From: Scyliorhinus canicula
Taxonomy: Eukaryota
DNA length: 64,000 bases
Reading direction: 5' to 3'
NCBI RefSeq assembly: GCF_902713615.1
Contig: NC_052154.1
Location: 107,482,016-107,546,015, forward strand
Below the pieces are notes generated by a model. That model was not told the DNA's origin. It saw only the letters and a program-made list of their open reading frames with translations, and did no database searches. Shown here piece after piece: positions 34,655-47,614 of this stretch (its first letter is position 1; every line of letters begins with the position of its first letter). Made by a program: the position numbers and the translations under genes.

Positions 34655-35936
34655 TGGGCACATTATTGAAGAGGCTCCAGAGGCACTATCTGGTGTGCAC
34701 CACACATCGCATCCGGTACAGTAGATAGAGGTAGGAGCAGTCGAGGGGCCGGACGATCAGAGGGCAGTCCGACCCCAGGAGCCAGCTGCCATCCAGACGG
34801 GTCCCGGGCTTCTGGAACATCCAGTCCCAGCCACAGGGCAGATGCAATCAGAGACCTAGGGACCACAAGAGGGGATGTCGGTGGGTATCCAACACCTACA
34901 GGCACAGGTGGAGGGGTCCATCCTTGTGCAGGAGTAGGGAGTGGCGCCAGTCATGCGTGCCACTCAAGGCTGAAACCCCACGGGTGGCGTACCCAGTGGA
35001 GGAACTGGGACAATGGTTTCGGCTATGGATCAGTGTGTCCAAGGCCTGGGATGGTCTGTGCAGGCGGGGCAGAGGCCTAGGCCAGGACTGCCCTCTCACA
35101 GGCAGCCATGTGCCAGAACCAGATCCAGGGAACGCGGTGGCATGCCCAGACGCTGTCCGCCATTGCGCAGACACTGGGCAGGGTGGTCCAGTCCCAGAGG
35201 GAGGTGGACCAGTCACTGGCTGCTGTGGTACAGTCGCGGCATGATGTGGTACATTTCAAGATTGAGATGGTCCACTCCCTGTGCTGCATGGCCGCGATCG
35301 TGCAAACCCTGATCGAGACCAAAGCGGGCCTCCAGGACTGGCAGCGGCAGGTGGCTGGGGGGCCTCAGGGGTGCTTGCACCCCTGTCCAATGGAGTAGCC
35401 CGGGGGCTATCGGGCACCCCGAGGGAAGAGCAGGTGATGGGGCCCGTGCCTGTGACTCCCGCAGGGGAGGTGCTGGCACACCGCAACACCTCGGACCGCA
35501 CCCACCCCTCCCTGACTATGGTGCATCTGGTGGGCAGTGGGCAGAACAGGGCAGCACCACACTATCCGGGACATCTGAGCAGTGGCCGTGCCCATTCAGG
35601 CCGGGTCGCCCCAGATGACGCGCGCCAAGGGGGACCCTTGAGTCACAGCAGACTGCCTCCACTCCTGCTGTTCGTTTGGGCAACTGCCTGGTGCAGGGCA
35701 CAGTTTAGAGGGGCTAGGATACAGACTGTATATATTTCCGCACTTCTGTTAAACTTCTGTTAAAACCGTTAAAACTCCGGAGAATAGGGTGTCAGGCCCG
35801 CTAATGATATGCCTACTGTACTTCAACCCTTTGCAACGAGCAACACATTTACGCCATGTTCAGGGTGACGGAGCATCCCAATTTGGCATCAAACTGGCGC
35901 CTACCTCGATTTTGGGTCGGAAGCTACTCTCCGCCC
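34655..35936 (+). mobile_element. Harbinger remnant H2: 3' exon of the Myb-like gene plus terminus
   Basis: Collinear with 53700-54950; ends CTCTCCGCCC. Confidence 0.75.
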
Positions 35937-35944
35937 AATCTATA

Positions 35945-36244
35945 AATCTTTATTGTCACAAGTAGGCTTACATTAACACTGCAATGAAGTTACAGTGAAA
36001 ATACCCTAATTCCCACAATCCAGCGCATGTTCGGGTACACAGAGGAAGAATTCAGAATGGCCAATTGACCTAACAAACACGTCTTTCAGGACTTGTGGGA
36101 AGAAACCGGGACACACGGAGGAAACCCACACAGACACGGGGAGAACGTGCAGACCCGCACAGACAGTGACCCAAGGCGGGAATCAAACCTGGAACCCTGG
36201 CGCTGTGAAGCAACAGTGCTAACCACTGTACTACCGTACCGCCC
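35945..36244 (-). mobile_element. V-SINE with the alternative (non-HE1) tail
   Basis: V-domain plus tail matching 2662-2768. Confidence 0.85.
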
Positions 36245-36750
36245 GTAAAGAATTAGTGTTTGTAGGAAACAGGTCAGTTACTAAAGCTTCAAATGGCTTC
36301 ACGTCTCCTTGTTTCAATGAGTCATAATGTTCCATGACTTTGAAGGTACTTTTGGTGTACACTGAGAATTCCCAAACTAACTTTCATCAGTAAAGTGTAG
36401 TGATCTGCATCACTGTAAATACATAAGGGGCTAATGTAAATACACTACAACTAAGTAATCCCTAGAGGGAGCACTAGAGATGTATACAATAGATAGTCGA
36501 AAGCCAGGAGCAGACTCATTACAGGAACGGCAGCTAGTGAGCAGAACAGACAGATATCTCACATGTAACATCTAGTATACGTCTGGAGAGAACACAAAAT
36601 TACTCAATAAAGCATTTACTTCAACTGGAAGACTACGTGCTTTATTCGGAGTGCTATCGGGGGCATCCCCAGGATAGGGATCGCAGGTGGTATGTGTTGT
36701 CCTGAAGCCTTTATTCTCTGTCTTAAACAGCCCAGAGCTATTCTGTAGTG

Positions 36751-38081
36751 TGTTATGGGCCAGGGTTTAGAGAACCCCAAAGTGTATCATGGAGTTCACT
36801 GACCCACAACGTTTACTAGATTATGGTATTGGGAGCACATGGCCCACTCCATAGGTGTGGTTCAGCAGAAATGGAAAAGTATGTTTTAAGGCAAAACGTT
36901 TATTCTATGAACTCAAGTTAACCTTTTTAAAGCATAGTGAACATCTTAGCAACCATTAATTCAAATACAACCCCAAAGACTACAACACAAAGCAAACCTT
37001 TAAGCTTTCCTTTTTAACATCCATACGACTTAAAAACAAAACCTTTATCAGAAGTACATCAGGTTAAAGTCACTACTGAAAACATTTATAATTCTGAATT
37101 CACCAAATGATCAAGAGATAGGGCGCGATTCTCCGCAACTGCCGGGATTCGCGGAAGCCGCCGTGAAAGAGGCCGTCTCTCACGACGGCTTCGGCGCCCG
37201 GTACCGTGACCCGATTCTCCCCCCCCCCCCCCCCGGGCAGGGCTAGGAGCGGGGCCCCGGGGTTCTCGGCCATGCGCCGAGAATGACAAGTGGCTGGCGC
37301 CTGTATGATGTTAGCCGCGCATGCGCGGGTTGGCCGGGGCCAACCCACGCATGCGCGGACGACGTCATCACAAAGACGGCACGAACCCGCGCAGGAGCGG
37401 TGCTGTCTTTTCCCTTAGCCGCCCCTCAAGACGTGGTGGCTTCATTTTGCGGGGTGGCGGAGGGAAAATAGTGCGTCCGTTTTGGACGCAGGCCCGACGA
37501 TCAGTGGGCACCGATCGCGGGCCTGTCCCCTCCCGAGCACAGTCGTTGTGCTCCTATCCTGATCAGGCACCTAGAAGCCCCAAACGGGCTTCAGGCGCCC
37601 GTTTCACGATGGTGGCGACCAGGTGTGGTTGCCGCAGTCGTGAAAAGGTCGGAAACGGCCGGCCACTCGGCCCATCGGGCTCGGAGAATCGGCTTTCGCC
37701 GTAAAAAAACGGCGAGCGGTGATTCGGCGAGCGGGGGTGGGGGAGAATCGCGGGGCGGTTGTACAAAATGTCGGGAGACCCTCCCACGATTCTCCCAGGC
37801 CGCAGGGGGAGCGGAGAATTCCGCCCAGTCTTTTGATGGCAGAGAAAACAGCAGTACACCTGTTTTGTCTGGCTTCAGCTCCAACACTGAAAACAAAACT
37901 GAAACACACCCTGCAGCCTGCTCAAAACGAAAGTAAAATGCTGACAGACAGCCCAGTTCCGCCCACTCTCTGACATCACTGCAGTAATAAACTTCTATTT
38001 CTTAAAGGTACTCTCACTACAGATATTTATATAAACACCCATTTATAAACACCCATTTCTTAAAGGTACTCTCACATGACA
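36751..38081 (-). mobile_element. Solo LTR (family of 16724-17346) split by a MITE
   Basis: 4-bp TSD AGTG; collinear with the reverse complement of 16724-17346. Confidence 0.9.
37121..37826. mobile_element. Harbinger-type MITE (~705 bp)
   Basis: GGCGCGATTCTCC / GGAGAATTCCGCC ends; the empty site in the sister LTR reads gagaCAGtcttt, giving TSD TAG/CAG. Confidence 0.88.
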
Positions 38082-38452
38082 AGTGTGTCGGTCTTAAAAA
38101 CCCTTCAAATGCCAGAATGATTGTAAAGCCTTGCGACTCTCACAGCTGCTCACTGCCATGAGTAAATGTACAGGAATACTTTCTACTTTTCAACCTTTTC
38201 ACAGCCATGACGATTCTTCTGTGATCAAAGAAGTGTCAATGTGCACACAGTGTTAATCTGTCAGTGGCCTGGGGTTTATGAGGTGGGAGCGATGACACTG
38301 AGGGAGGCCAGCCTAAAGAGCTGGCTGGATGAGACCCTAAGAGGTAAGGCTGGACTGCAATGAGGTGAGGAGTGGGGACTTGTCGGGAGGGTGAGAGTAT
38401 CCAGCGACGCTGGGCAGCTTTTATAGAAAATGAAGTGGCTGCCCGAAATCTT

Positions 38453-38557
38453 GGGCGGGATTCTTCGTTCCTGCCACCCACCAATGGGATTTCTCATTGT
38501 GGCCACAGAGAAACCCGCAGATGGGGATGTGCTGCCGCACAACAAAAAATCCCGCCC
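38453..38557. mobile_element. Mini MITE (~105 bp)
   Basis: GGGCGGGATT / AATCCCGCCC ends. Confidence 0.65.
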
Positions 38558-38880
38558 CCCCCCAGTGTCAAGGCATGAGAACGAGTAGCTGTTGGGATAA
38601 CAAGAGCTGAGCATTAATGGATCCTCTCTCGGCCTCATGGAGCGATTATGCCCTCTAACATTCCTGAGAGTCCTGCACCTCTAACTAATTGGCCAGCATG
38701 AATTCAGCATTAGGGTGCCATCAGGAGGGTAATCGAGGGGGGTCATCTAACCTAACTGTCTGCCGCTCTTAACCTTTTAATCACCTTTCAATTGGATTTT
38801 TATAAGTTTCAGTTGTTCTTCGTTTTTGTTTTGGGCTTCTGTGGCATCATTCATGGGAGACGCTGAAGAGGGAACAGGTA

Positions 38881-39290
38881 AGGCATGATTCTCCGAGCCT
38901 CCGCGCTGAAATCACTATTGGCGCGGGTGCGAAGAATGGTGTCAAACCCAAGATCAGGCCTGGCGCCGCTCCCGCGATTCTCCGGTCCCCATAGAATCGG
39001 CTTCAATTGCGCACGCTGTCGACGTACGCCGGTCGGGAGCCATTGAAAGAGGCCCCCATGGCGATTTACCAAGTGCAGCTGGCCGAGTTCCCAACGGTGT
39101 GGTTCTCTCATGGTTCCCCCATCGGCAACGCGGCCGCTCTGGTGGGGCGGGGGGATCATTCTGGGGGGGTGGGGGCTCCAGGATGGCCAGACTACTGGGA
39201 GGGAGGGGGCCTCCAGGACAGCCAGGCTACTGGTCAGGTGCCCCAGGGAAGTCCAGAGTGATTCACATGCGTTTTTTCGCGGGCTTGGGG
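38881..39290. mobile_element. Truncated Harbinger-type MITE
   Basis: GGCATGATTCTCC end with repeated GATTCTCC/GAGAAT subterminal motifs. Confidence 0.55.
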
Positions 39291-39794
39291 ACATTACCCC
39301 ATTATTCCCCAACGTCTGGGGTGCTTTGTTGACCCTTTCAATCACCTTTTGGTTCAAGTTGAATTTGGCTGTTGTTTTTGATTAGGGCAATGTCCCTTTA
39401 AGGAGCTTCCCCTTTTAATTTGTCCCTCAGGTTGTTTGATTTAGTTTAATTGTTGGAACTTAAGTCAGGGGGTGTGGAAACTCAAGTATCAAGTATTAAA
39501 GTTTGGGTGCAGAACATCAGAAGGGAAAGTCTATCTATCGCCTTGCAGTCGCAACCCACCACTTGCCATAGAGAATGCAATAGTCCTCCAGTGTTTACAC
39601 TGTCATCCAGCTGATTCTGCAGGAGGAATGGGCGGCCTTTCAACCTGCCTGCCAGAACCCATTATAATGTTGATATTGAGGAAGTGACAAATCAGACGGA
39701 AAGCCATGGGTGATTCTGAAGGCACATGGGTAATGACTGGGGCCGTTCGAGCAATGAAGTGTGAAGGGCTACTGATATGTGAGTGAGCACAGTA

Positions 39795-40980
39795 AGAAGT
39801 CTTACAACACCAGGTTAAAGTTGCAACAGGTTTGTTTCAAATCACTAGCTTTCAGAGCACTGCTCCTTCCTCAGGTGAATGACGAGGTATTGACAAAGTC
39901 AAAGATGCAAGACGATACTTTGAATGCGTGCATTTGCAGGTAATTAAAGTCTTTACAGATCCAGAGAGCGGGGTAATTCCAGGTTAAAGAGGTGTGAATT
40001 GTGTCAAGCCAGAACAGTTGGTAGGATTTTGCAAGCCCAGGCCAGATAGTGGGGGGTGAATGTAATGCGACATGAATCCAAGGTCCTGGTTGAGGCCATA
40101 CTCGTGTGTGCAGAACATGGCTACAAGTTTCTGCTCAGCGATTCTGTGTTGTCGCACATCCTGAAGGCTGCTTTGGAGAACGCTTACCCAAAGATCAGAG
40201 GCGGAATGCCCTTGACTGCTGAAGTGTTTCCCTACTGGAAGGGAACATTCCTGTCTGGTGATTGTCGCGTGATGTCCATTCATCCATTGTCACAGCATCT
40301 GGATGTTTGCCAGTGTACCACGCTTCGGACCATCCTTTCCTGCAGCCTATCAGGTAGACAGCGTTGGCCGAGTCGCACGAGTATGTACTGCGTATCCAGT
40401 GAGTGGTGTTCTCACGTGTAATGGTGGTACCCATGTCGATGATCTGGCATGTCTTGCAGAGATTGCCACGGCAAGGTTGTGTGGTGTCGTGGTCGCTGTT
40501 CTGAAGGCTGTGTAGTTTGCCGCAAACAATGGTTTGTTTAAGGTTGCGCGGTTGTTTGAAGGCAAGTTGTGGGGGTGAGGGGATAACCTTAGCAAGATGT
40601 TCATCTTCATCGATGACTTGTTGAAGCCTGTGAAGAAGATGTCATAGTTTCTCCGCTCCAGGGAAGTACTGGACGAAGGGTACTCTGTCGGTTGTGCCCC
40701 GTGTTTGTCTTCTGAGGAGGTTGGTCTTCTTCGCAGCCTACAACACGTGATTGATGAAGACGAACATCTTGCCATGGTGTTCTTCTTTCCTGCAGGATCT
40801 TCGGGTAAGCGTTCTCTCAGGCAGCCTTCAGGACACGCGACAACACAATCGGCGAGCATAATTTATAGCCAAGTTCCGCACACGAGTGCGCCTCAACCGG
40901 AACCTTGGATTCATGTCGCATAACATTCACCCCCCTCCATCTGGCCTGGGCTTGCAAAATCCTACCAACTGTTCTGGAAC
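39795..40980 (-). mobile_element. Penelope-like element 3' fragment (GIY-YIG endonuclease) with an inverted partial pseudo-LTR
   Basis: CKTCQII...YSCDSANAVYLIGC...MNGH...PVGKHF..AEQKL...GLNQDLGFMSHY; 40797-40974 is an inverted copy of ~40011-40197. Confidence 0.88.
39842..39879 (-). ncRNA. Minimal type I hammerhead ribozyme motif in the Penelope pseudo-LTR
   Basis: TCAC-CTGAGGA-AGGAGC-AGT-GCTCT-GAAA-GC-TA-GTGA: catalytic core, stems I and II, palindromic AGCT stem III. Confidence 0.75.
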
Positions 40981-41903
40981 ATTTGGAGGCTGTCATTACA
41001 CACTTTTTGGAGGCCGGAGTCCGTTTACGTCGCACAAAGTGCGTTTTTCAGGCGAAGGAAGTAGTCTACCTGGGTTATCGGGTGGACCACGAAGGTTTGC
41101 ACACCGTCGCAGAGAAGGTGCGCGTGATTCAACAGGCCCCCGCCCCGACTGACACTTCGCGTCTTCGTTCGTTTCTCGGCCTCGTAAACTATTACGGAAA
41201 GTTCCTCCCCAATCTGGCAACTATGCTGGCCCCGTTGCACCGTCTGCTAAAGAAGAAACACACCTGGGTTTGGGGTCAGCCGCAAGAAACCCTTTCCAGC
41301 GGGTAAAACAACAATTGTCGTCTTCTGGGTTACTAACCCACTATGATCCTGGAAAGCCTTTGCTCATCACATGTGATGCATCCCCGTATGGTATTGGGGC
41401 CGTCCTGTCCCACAAGATGGAGAACGGGGCCGAGCGGCCGATAGCTTTCGCCTCCCGCACATTGACTGCAGCGGAAAAAAGGTACGCGCAGATCGAGAAG
41501 GAGGGCCTGGCAGTGGTCTTTGCGGTGCCACTTCACTATCGTGACTGATCATAAGCCTCTGCTGGGACTTTTCAGAGAGGATAAGCCAATACCGCCCATT
41601 TCTTCCGCACAGATCCAGCGCTGGGCTTTGTTGCTCGCTGCATACAAGTATTTTCTGGAGCACAAACCAGGAACCCAGATAGGGAATGCCGACGCACTGA
41701 GCCGATTGCCTTTATCGACCGGCCCCATGTCGACCCCCACGACAGGTGAGGTGGTTGCAACCCTAAATTTTATGGACACCTTGCCTGTCACGGCATCACA
41801 GATCCATGAGTGGACCCAAACGGAGCCAGTCCTGTCAAAGGTTTGGCACATAGTTCTGTATGGTGGGCAGCATAGACAGCTCCCAGGCGAGTTGCGGGAA
41901 TTT

Positions 41904-41979
41904 TGAAATGCAAATCGCTTATTGTCACGAGTAGGCTTCAATGAAGTTACTGTGAAAAGCCCCTAGTCGCCACATTCCG
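41904..41979 (-). mobile_element. SINE family 2, 5'-truncated, in Gypsy C
   Basis: Reverse complement of the family-2 3' half. Confidence 0.75.
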
Positions 41980-43409
41980 AATTCAGCGTGGAATTCAGCG
42001 TGTGATTGTCCCGGAAAAAGGACAGCTGATACTGAGAGACTTGCACAATGGGCATCCAGGTGTGACCAAAATGAAAATGTTGGCCCGGAGTTATGTCTGG
42101 TGACCAGGCCTCCACACTGACATTGAGAAGGTGGCCCAAAACTGCTCCATTTGCCAGGAGCATCAGAAGCTTCCCCTACATCACTGGGAATGGTCAGGGT
42201 GGCCTTGGGCGCGCTTGCATGCAGATTTCGCTGGCCCTTTTCAAGGATCCATGTTCCTGCAATTAATCGACGCCCAGTCTAAATGACTAGAGGTGCATAA
42301 GGTGGGAGGCACAACGTCCTGCACAACAATCGAGAAGATGCGTTTGTCTTTCAGTACCCCGAGGTGCAGGTCATGGACAATGTTCACAAGTGAGGAGTTT
42401 GCGAGGTTCATGAAGATGAACGGCATATGCCATATCCACACTGATCCTTACCACCCGGTTTCAAATGGGTTGGCGGAGCGCGCAGTGCAGACATTCAAAC
42501 GAGGCCTAAAGATGCAGACTTCCGGGTTGATGGACACGAGGCTGGCTCGGTTTTTGTTTTCGTATTGGACCACCCCCCATGCGGCGACTGGGGTAGCTCC
42601 CGCAGAACTCCTAATGGGCCGGAGACTTCGCACTCGCTTAGCATGGTTTTCCCGGACATTGGCGCAAAAGTACGCCGCACACAAGAACGGCAGGGGCATG
42701 GTTTTTCTCGGCATTGGCCGATTGGGCAGTTTATGCCCGGTGACCCAGTGTTCGTTCGGAATTTTGCTGCTGGTGCCCAGTAGGTCCCTGCCGTAATTTT
42801 TCGCCAAATGTGCTCACCAGGTACAAGCCCAGGAGCGTCTCCAGCGCAAACATGTAGACCATGTTCGGTCCAGAAGGCTATCCCTTCCAAAGATTCCCCG
42901 CCCCAGGAGCTCATTTCTACAGCCGCAGAGACCAGACACAATGGAAAGTATTCCTCACAATCTTCCTCACTCAAAGCCTGCGCAGGTCGTGACAGAACCG
43001 CGTGGAGATAAAGACGCCTAGATGACGGAGGCAGCAGACTCAGACTCCGAGATGGAGTCACAAGACACCTCAGAGGGGGAATCCTCGGGCGCACGGCCCG
43101 TGGATGTACAACCGTTACGCCGTTCATCACAGAAGCGCCGGTCTCCATCTCGTTACACGCCGCCCGATCCAGCGCCTCGTGCAAATGGTGTCCGGCCTGC
43201 GGCAAAACGAGTCCATGCCCTCCTTCGCCAGGGTCTTAGGTGGATTCCTTGGACTTTGGGGGGGAGGGATGTTATAACCTGCCTGCTTACCATTGGCTGG
43301 GGACTAATGACAATCCCACAATCCAAGCTGGCCAGTTTAGAACCAGAGAGAGAGAGGAGTGAGCAGCAAGGGAAGTTGCTGCTGCTGTTGTGTATATATA
43401 TGTTATTGT

Positions 43410-44325
43410 TGTAGCCACCGAAGCTGGCCACTTGCCGACATAAAATGGAACATTGAGTTGCATGCAGGGAAAATTGGACAATGACAGAGAGGCAAGCAGG
43501 TTGCAGAACCTCTCTGTGGATTCTGTCTGTGAAGAAACCAGACAGACAGCACAGAAACTAACAAGCTGCGCATATTAATTGAGCGATTCCCGGTGATTCC
43601 CGGGCACAATGGACACAATTAAGAATAACAAAGGCCAAGCCAGACTCTTCGGTGCCAGCAGGAGTCCCGGACAATAAGATACAAACAACCCCAAGAACCG
43701 CCCAGTGATCGAGGAACAGCCCTGTTATTGGGGAAATTCAAATCAATCGATTGGGAAGAGACCCAATCGATTGCAAGTTTATAGAGGGTCCACCCAGATG
43801 GGCGCGAAACCCAAAACAGTATAAGACAGAGACCCCGGCCCCAGCTCTCTCTCTTAGCCAGCCCTCCTCTCTCTTAGTCGGCCCTCCCAGCAGAACACCT
43901 TTGCAGCAGCTCTCCAGGAACTTGAACGTGAGGAGAGGCCTGGCCAATTGCTACACCGACAAGTAAGTGTCATACAACGCACGCTACGACAGTAGACACT
44001 CCTGACCCCTTTAGTCCACACCAAGCCTGCGGATCCAGGACAAAGCAAGAGGCCATTGTTCCCTGATCCAGCAGTTCCCTTATTTCAGACAGTATTGGCC
44101 TAGTAGTGGTAGGAACAGTTTAGTCTTAGTTTTATATGCATGAGTAGCAAATAACTGTAATAATAACGTGTCTTGTTTGAACTTACTAACTGGTGTATTG
44201 AGTCATTGATCTGAACTTGAACTTGAACCTCGTGGCGGTACCATCAAGATACCTGGCGACTCTAGAGGTTAGGAATAAAACAGAGCCAATTGAGTGTAAA
44301 GCACACTCACCCAGAACGAGCAACA
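43410..44325 (+). mobile_element. Large solo LTR (916 bp) nested in the Gypsy C 3' LTR
   Basis: TGTAGCC...GAGCAACA; TSD TTGT; TATA-like GTATAAG and AATAAA. Confidence 0.88.
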
Positions 44326-44399
44326 TTGTAAATAAATGTTATTTGTTTGTATCCTGAAAACTCGTGCTGGATTCTTCGTGGCCCTCACAAAACTTCATT

Positions 44400-46520
44400 C
44401 TTGGCCAGGCCTGTCAGACGACAGAGCTCTTGGATTTGTGGCCATCGCTGGACTGTCACAGCTCCAGAACGCCAGCGATGGGAGACATGTTGCTCTTCGC
44501 GCCCATCTGCATCAGGGAATCTAGTTGATCAACAGAAAGATGTTCCACTCCCTAAATGTGCAGCTGGTGTGTGACCTCTGCATGAACATCATGCACCTCT
44601 ATTCACTGTTTCCAGGAAGCGTGCATTAGAGTTTTGTCCTTGGATGTTCTCAAATCCCATGTATTTTTGAGGACCACCCCAGACTTCCGGGATAGCTAGC
44701 AGGGGACAAGGGATACCCAGTGAGGTCTCAGCTGATGGCGCATATGCGGAGGCCAGAGACCAAGGTGGAATCCCAATATATTGAGGCTCAAAGTGCCACC
44801 CGGTCTACAATAGAGCAGTGCATCCGCATGCCAAAGATGTACTTCCACGGCCTCAACAATTTTGGTGCAGCTCTTCAATTTAGTCCCCAATGGGTCTCCC
44901 GCATCATTGTGATGCAATGTGCCCTCCACAACTTAATGCAGCAATGGGGCGACGTCCGAGATGAAAACCAGAAGGAGCAGAATGCTTCCTCTGATGAGGA
45001 AGATTAACAGGAGGGCATGGAGGAGAGCTAGAGGAGCCGGAGGATAGAGGCCAGGCAGCGGGGATGGCTACATGGGCAGGAGGGCATCGCTAACAGATTC
45101 ACTGATTAGGAAAATTTTGCTGTCCGGCAGCCCTAATCACCACCCTCCACGAACACGGGAGGCATCTCATCAGGGTGGTGGGCTTGTGTTGTCCATGCGC
45201 CTACTTAGCATGTCAACACAGGAGGGTGAAAAGGACTCACTGTGAGGAAAGTTCTGATTCTCCACAGGTTCTGCTTATGTCTGTCCCCTGCCTGCTGACT
45301 GCACACTGACTCCATGGCTCTTGATGGAGTGTGGCTTGGGAGCCACATCCCTTTGTACTGTGGCTGCAGAGGGAGATAATAGGCAAGGTCAAGGGTTCAC
45401 TGATGAATGGCAGAGACAAAGAACAAAGAAAAGTACAGCACAGGAACAGGCCCTTCGGCCCTCCCTTTGAGGATGTATGGTTATCTGGGTTTGAGTGGGC
45501 CTTACCATTCACCTTCATTGGTAGTCTGTGGTTAAAGCCACATCCTGATGGGTGAGGACATATCACAGTGGGAGAAGGGTCAAAGACAGCGAGGAGTTAA
45601 GGTCATGACATCATTAGCTTTTCATAAGATGACTTCTGATAATCACAAATTAAGTTGAACCAGAATTACAGGTGATAAATTCACCTTTCCCACTCTGTGT
45701 CCCTAAAATTCCTTAATTTTTTGAGCCCTGCCAGAACATCCAGCTGTATTCCCAAGATGCACATCATTGGTGGAGACGGCCTGATCCCTTCCATGCCCTC
45801 TTGCCTGAGATGCTCTTGGCAGATGTCCTCTGGAGGCACCTGGATGACTTTTGGGTGGATCTGATGTTAGCGCCGCATTCTGTTCTGCCAGCTGCCCGAG
45901 AGGAACCAGTATCAGGAAAGGGGGATTCAGAAGTGTTGGTCACTGCCAGAGTCTCTTGAGTACTCAGAAAACGAGCCATGCCTTCGGAGTTCCCCAGTCA
46001 TGGCTCTGACGCCTTGCCCCAGGCTTTCCACAACACTTGCCAGCCTTAGTGCTGGCCTGGGTGCCATGCAACTCCGGCACCGTCTCCTGCGACTTAAGGC
46101 TCTGGGACTCCTCCATTCAGCTTTCCAGTCGCAGGAACCTTCCAGGTACTCCCTGCTCTGCCTTTACATCTCAAGCACAGCAACTGGCACAAGCACAGCA
46201 CCTGGCTGGGGCACAGCTGTGTCCTGGGATCCAGCAGACTTCCCCCGCCTATATTCCTGGGATGTCCCTGCCTCCACCTGATATGCTTCAAAGGCTGTAA
46301 GATAGTAACACTGAAGCCTGCATACTAAGTTCACCCATCTTATGTGTGTCTCTGCACTGCTGCGAGTGAAAACTGTAACGTTTCTTTGTTATCCTCCTCA
46401 GAGAACTCTTCAGAGATGCTGTCAAGGCTAGAGGAAGGGGGACTCTGCTCATGGAGGGCGAGACTCACTGGTTGACGTTCCTGCAAGGCAAGAGGCGTGC
46501 AGCGGAATTCTCAGTTACCA
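44400..46520 (+). mobile_element. Harbinger remnant H3: transposase C-half (+) and Myb-like gene pieces (-)
   Basis: RALGFVAIAGL..DGRHVALR..FHSLNVQLVCD..GDKGYP..TIEQCIRM motifs. Confidence 0.7.
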
Positions 46521-46690
46521 AGACAAAGGGTTGAAGCCTGGGCAGGATTGTCGAAGTTCTGCAACAGCAAAACTGGTGCCGCACCTGGACCAATTCAACA
46601 ACGGTTATGGGGCTAGCACCAGCACCACGTTGAACACAATTGATTCCAATGAGAAACGTTGCAGGATTCTCCCAGATTCGCGATTGATAC

Positions 46691-47400
46691 CGTAGCCATC
46701 TAAGATGGCCATCTACAAAGGATCATGGGAATCATGGCCAACCCAGGACTCAGACAGATACAGAGCCTATGTGTATCTGAAACACAGATAACCAGACCCG
46801 ATCGAAACTACCGCTCGTTTGTATTTTAATGGCCCATTTTCCCAGGACAATAAAACTCTAATCAAGCAACCGGTACAGCCAGAGACTAATTGGCACCACT
46901 CCCCTTACTCAGAAAGCACAACTGCCAAAGTCAATGACCGCTATGGACCCGCCCAGCTACCAACTACCAGCTACCGCCCCTTTATTGGCCGAAATCGAAG
47001 ACAGTGATCAGAGCCCTGTCAAACTATTGGGTCCAAGGTTAAGGACCGCCCCAAAGAGCGCAAAAGCGCTGAGGGACAAAGAGAGCACAGCCATGTGTTG
47101 TCTCTTTTGGATCCGGCCTATGCCAACCCAATCGTAGCAGGAACAGCCAGCCAAGTCCAAGACCAACGATCACTACTTGACGGATGAGCCCAGCAGAGAC
47201 AGAGCCACTTTCTTCGAACCAGCCAAATGAAATCTAGATAAAGGCCTTATCCATTTGCACAGTGCCAGTCGCCCTGAAGTTAAGTATAGGTTATTGTAGT
47301 TGATAGGTGTAGTTTAACTCGTAATAGATATTGTGTTCGCATGTCGAGATAACTCGTGTATGTAAATAAACCATCTTTTGAACAAACTAGTGATTTGGCG
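46691..47400 (+). mobile_element. LTR related in its 5' end to 43410-44325; 3' end disrupted by MITEs
   Basis: cgtagccatctaagatggcc start, AATAAA and 'ttttgaacaaactag' U5-like block. Confidence 0.6.
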
Positions 47401-47614
47401 TGTACCTGACGACCGCTATGATGTCAGAATCAAACTCGATTCTCCACCCAACTGCCTTTCCCGATTTGAGTCGGCCGAAGGAAAATCCTGCCCTCTGGGC
47501 TGGATTCTCCACTGTCGGAAAGCTGCATTTTGCTGGCGGCGTGGTGATGCTCCACAATGGGATACCCCATTGGCCAGTCGGCAAAACGGAGCATCCACTT
47601 GCATCCTGAACCTG

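Larger units (their letters stand above)
40975..44389 (+). mobile_element. Gypsy element C, 5'-truncated (RT C-half, RH, IN, PPT, 3' LTR from ~43270)
   Basis: LRRTKCVF..YLGY, ITCDASPYGIGAVL, HPGVTKMK, GLAERAVQTFK; PPT GGGGGGAGGGA; LTR split by a nested LTR. Confidence 0.9.

Noticed and set aside
43410-44325. Endogenous retrovirus or env-bearing insert
   Set aside because: Only an LTR with TG...CA ends and a TSD; no internal coding sequence.
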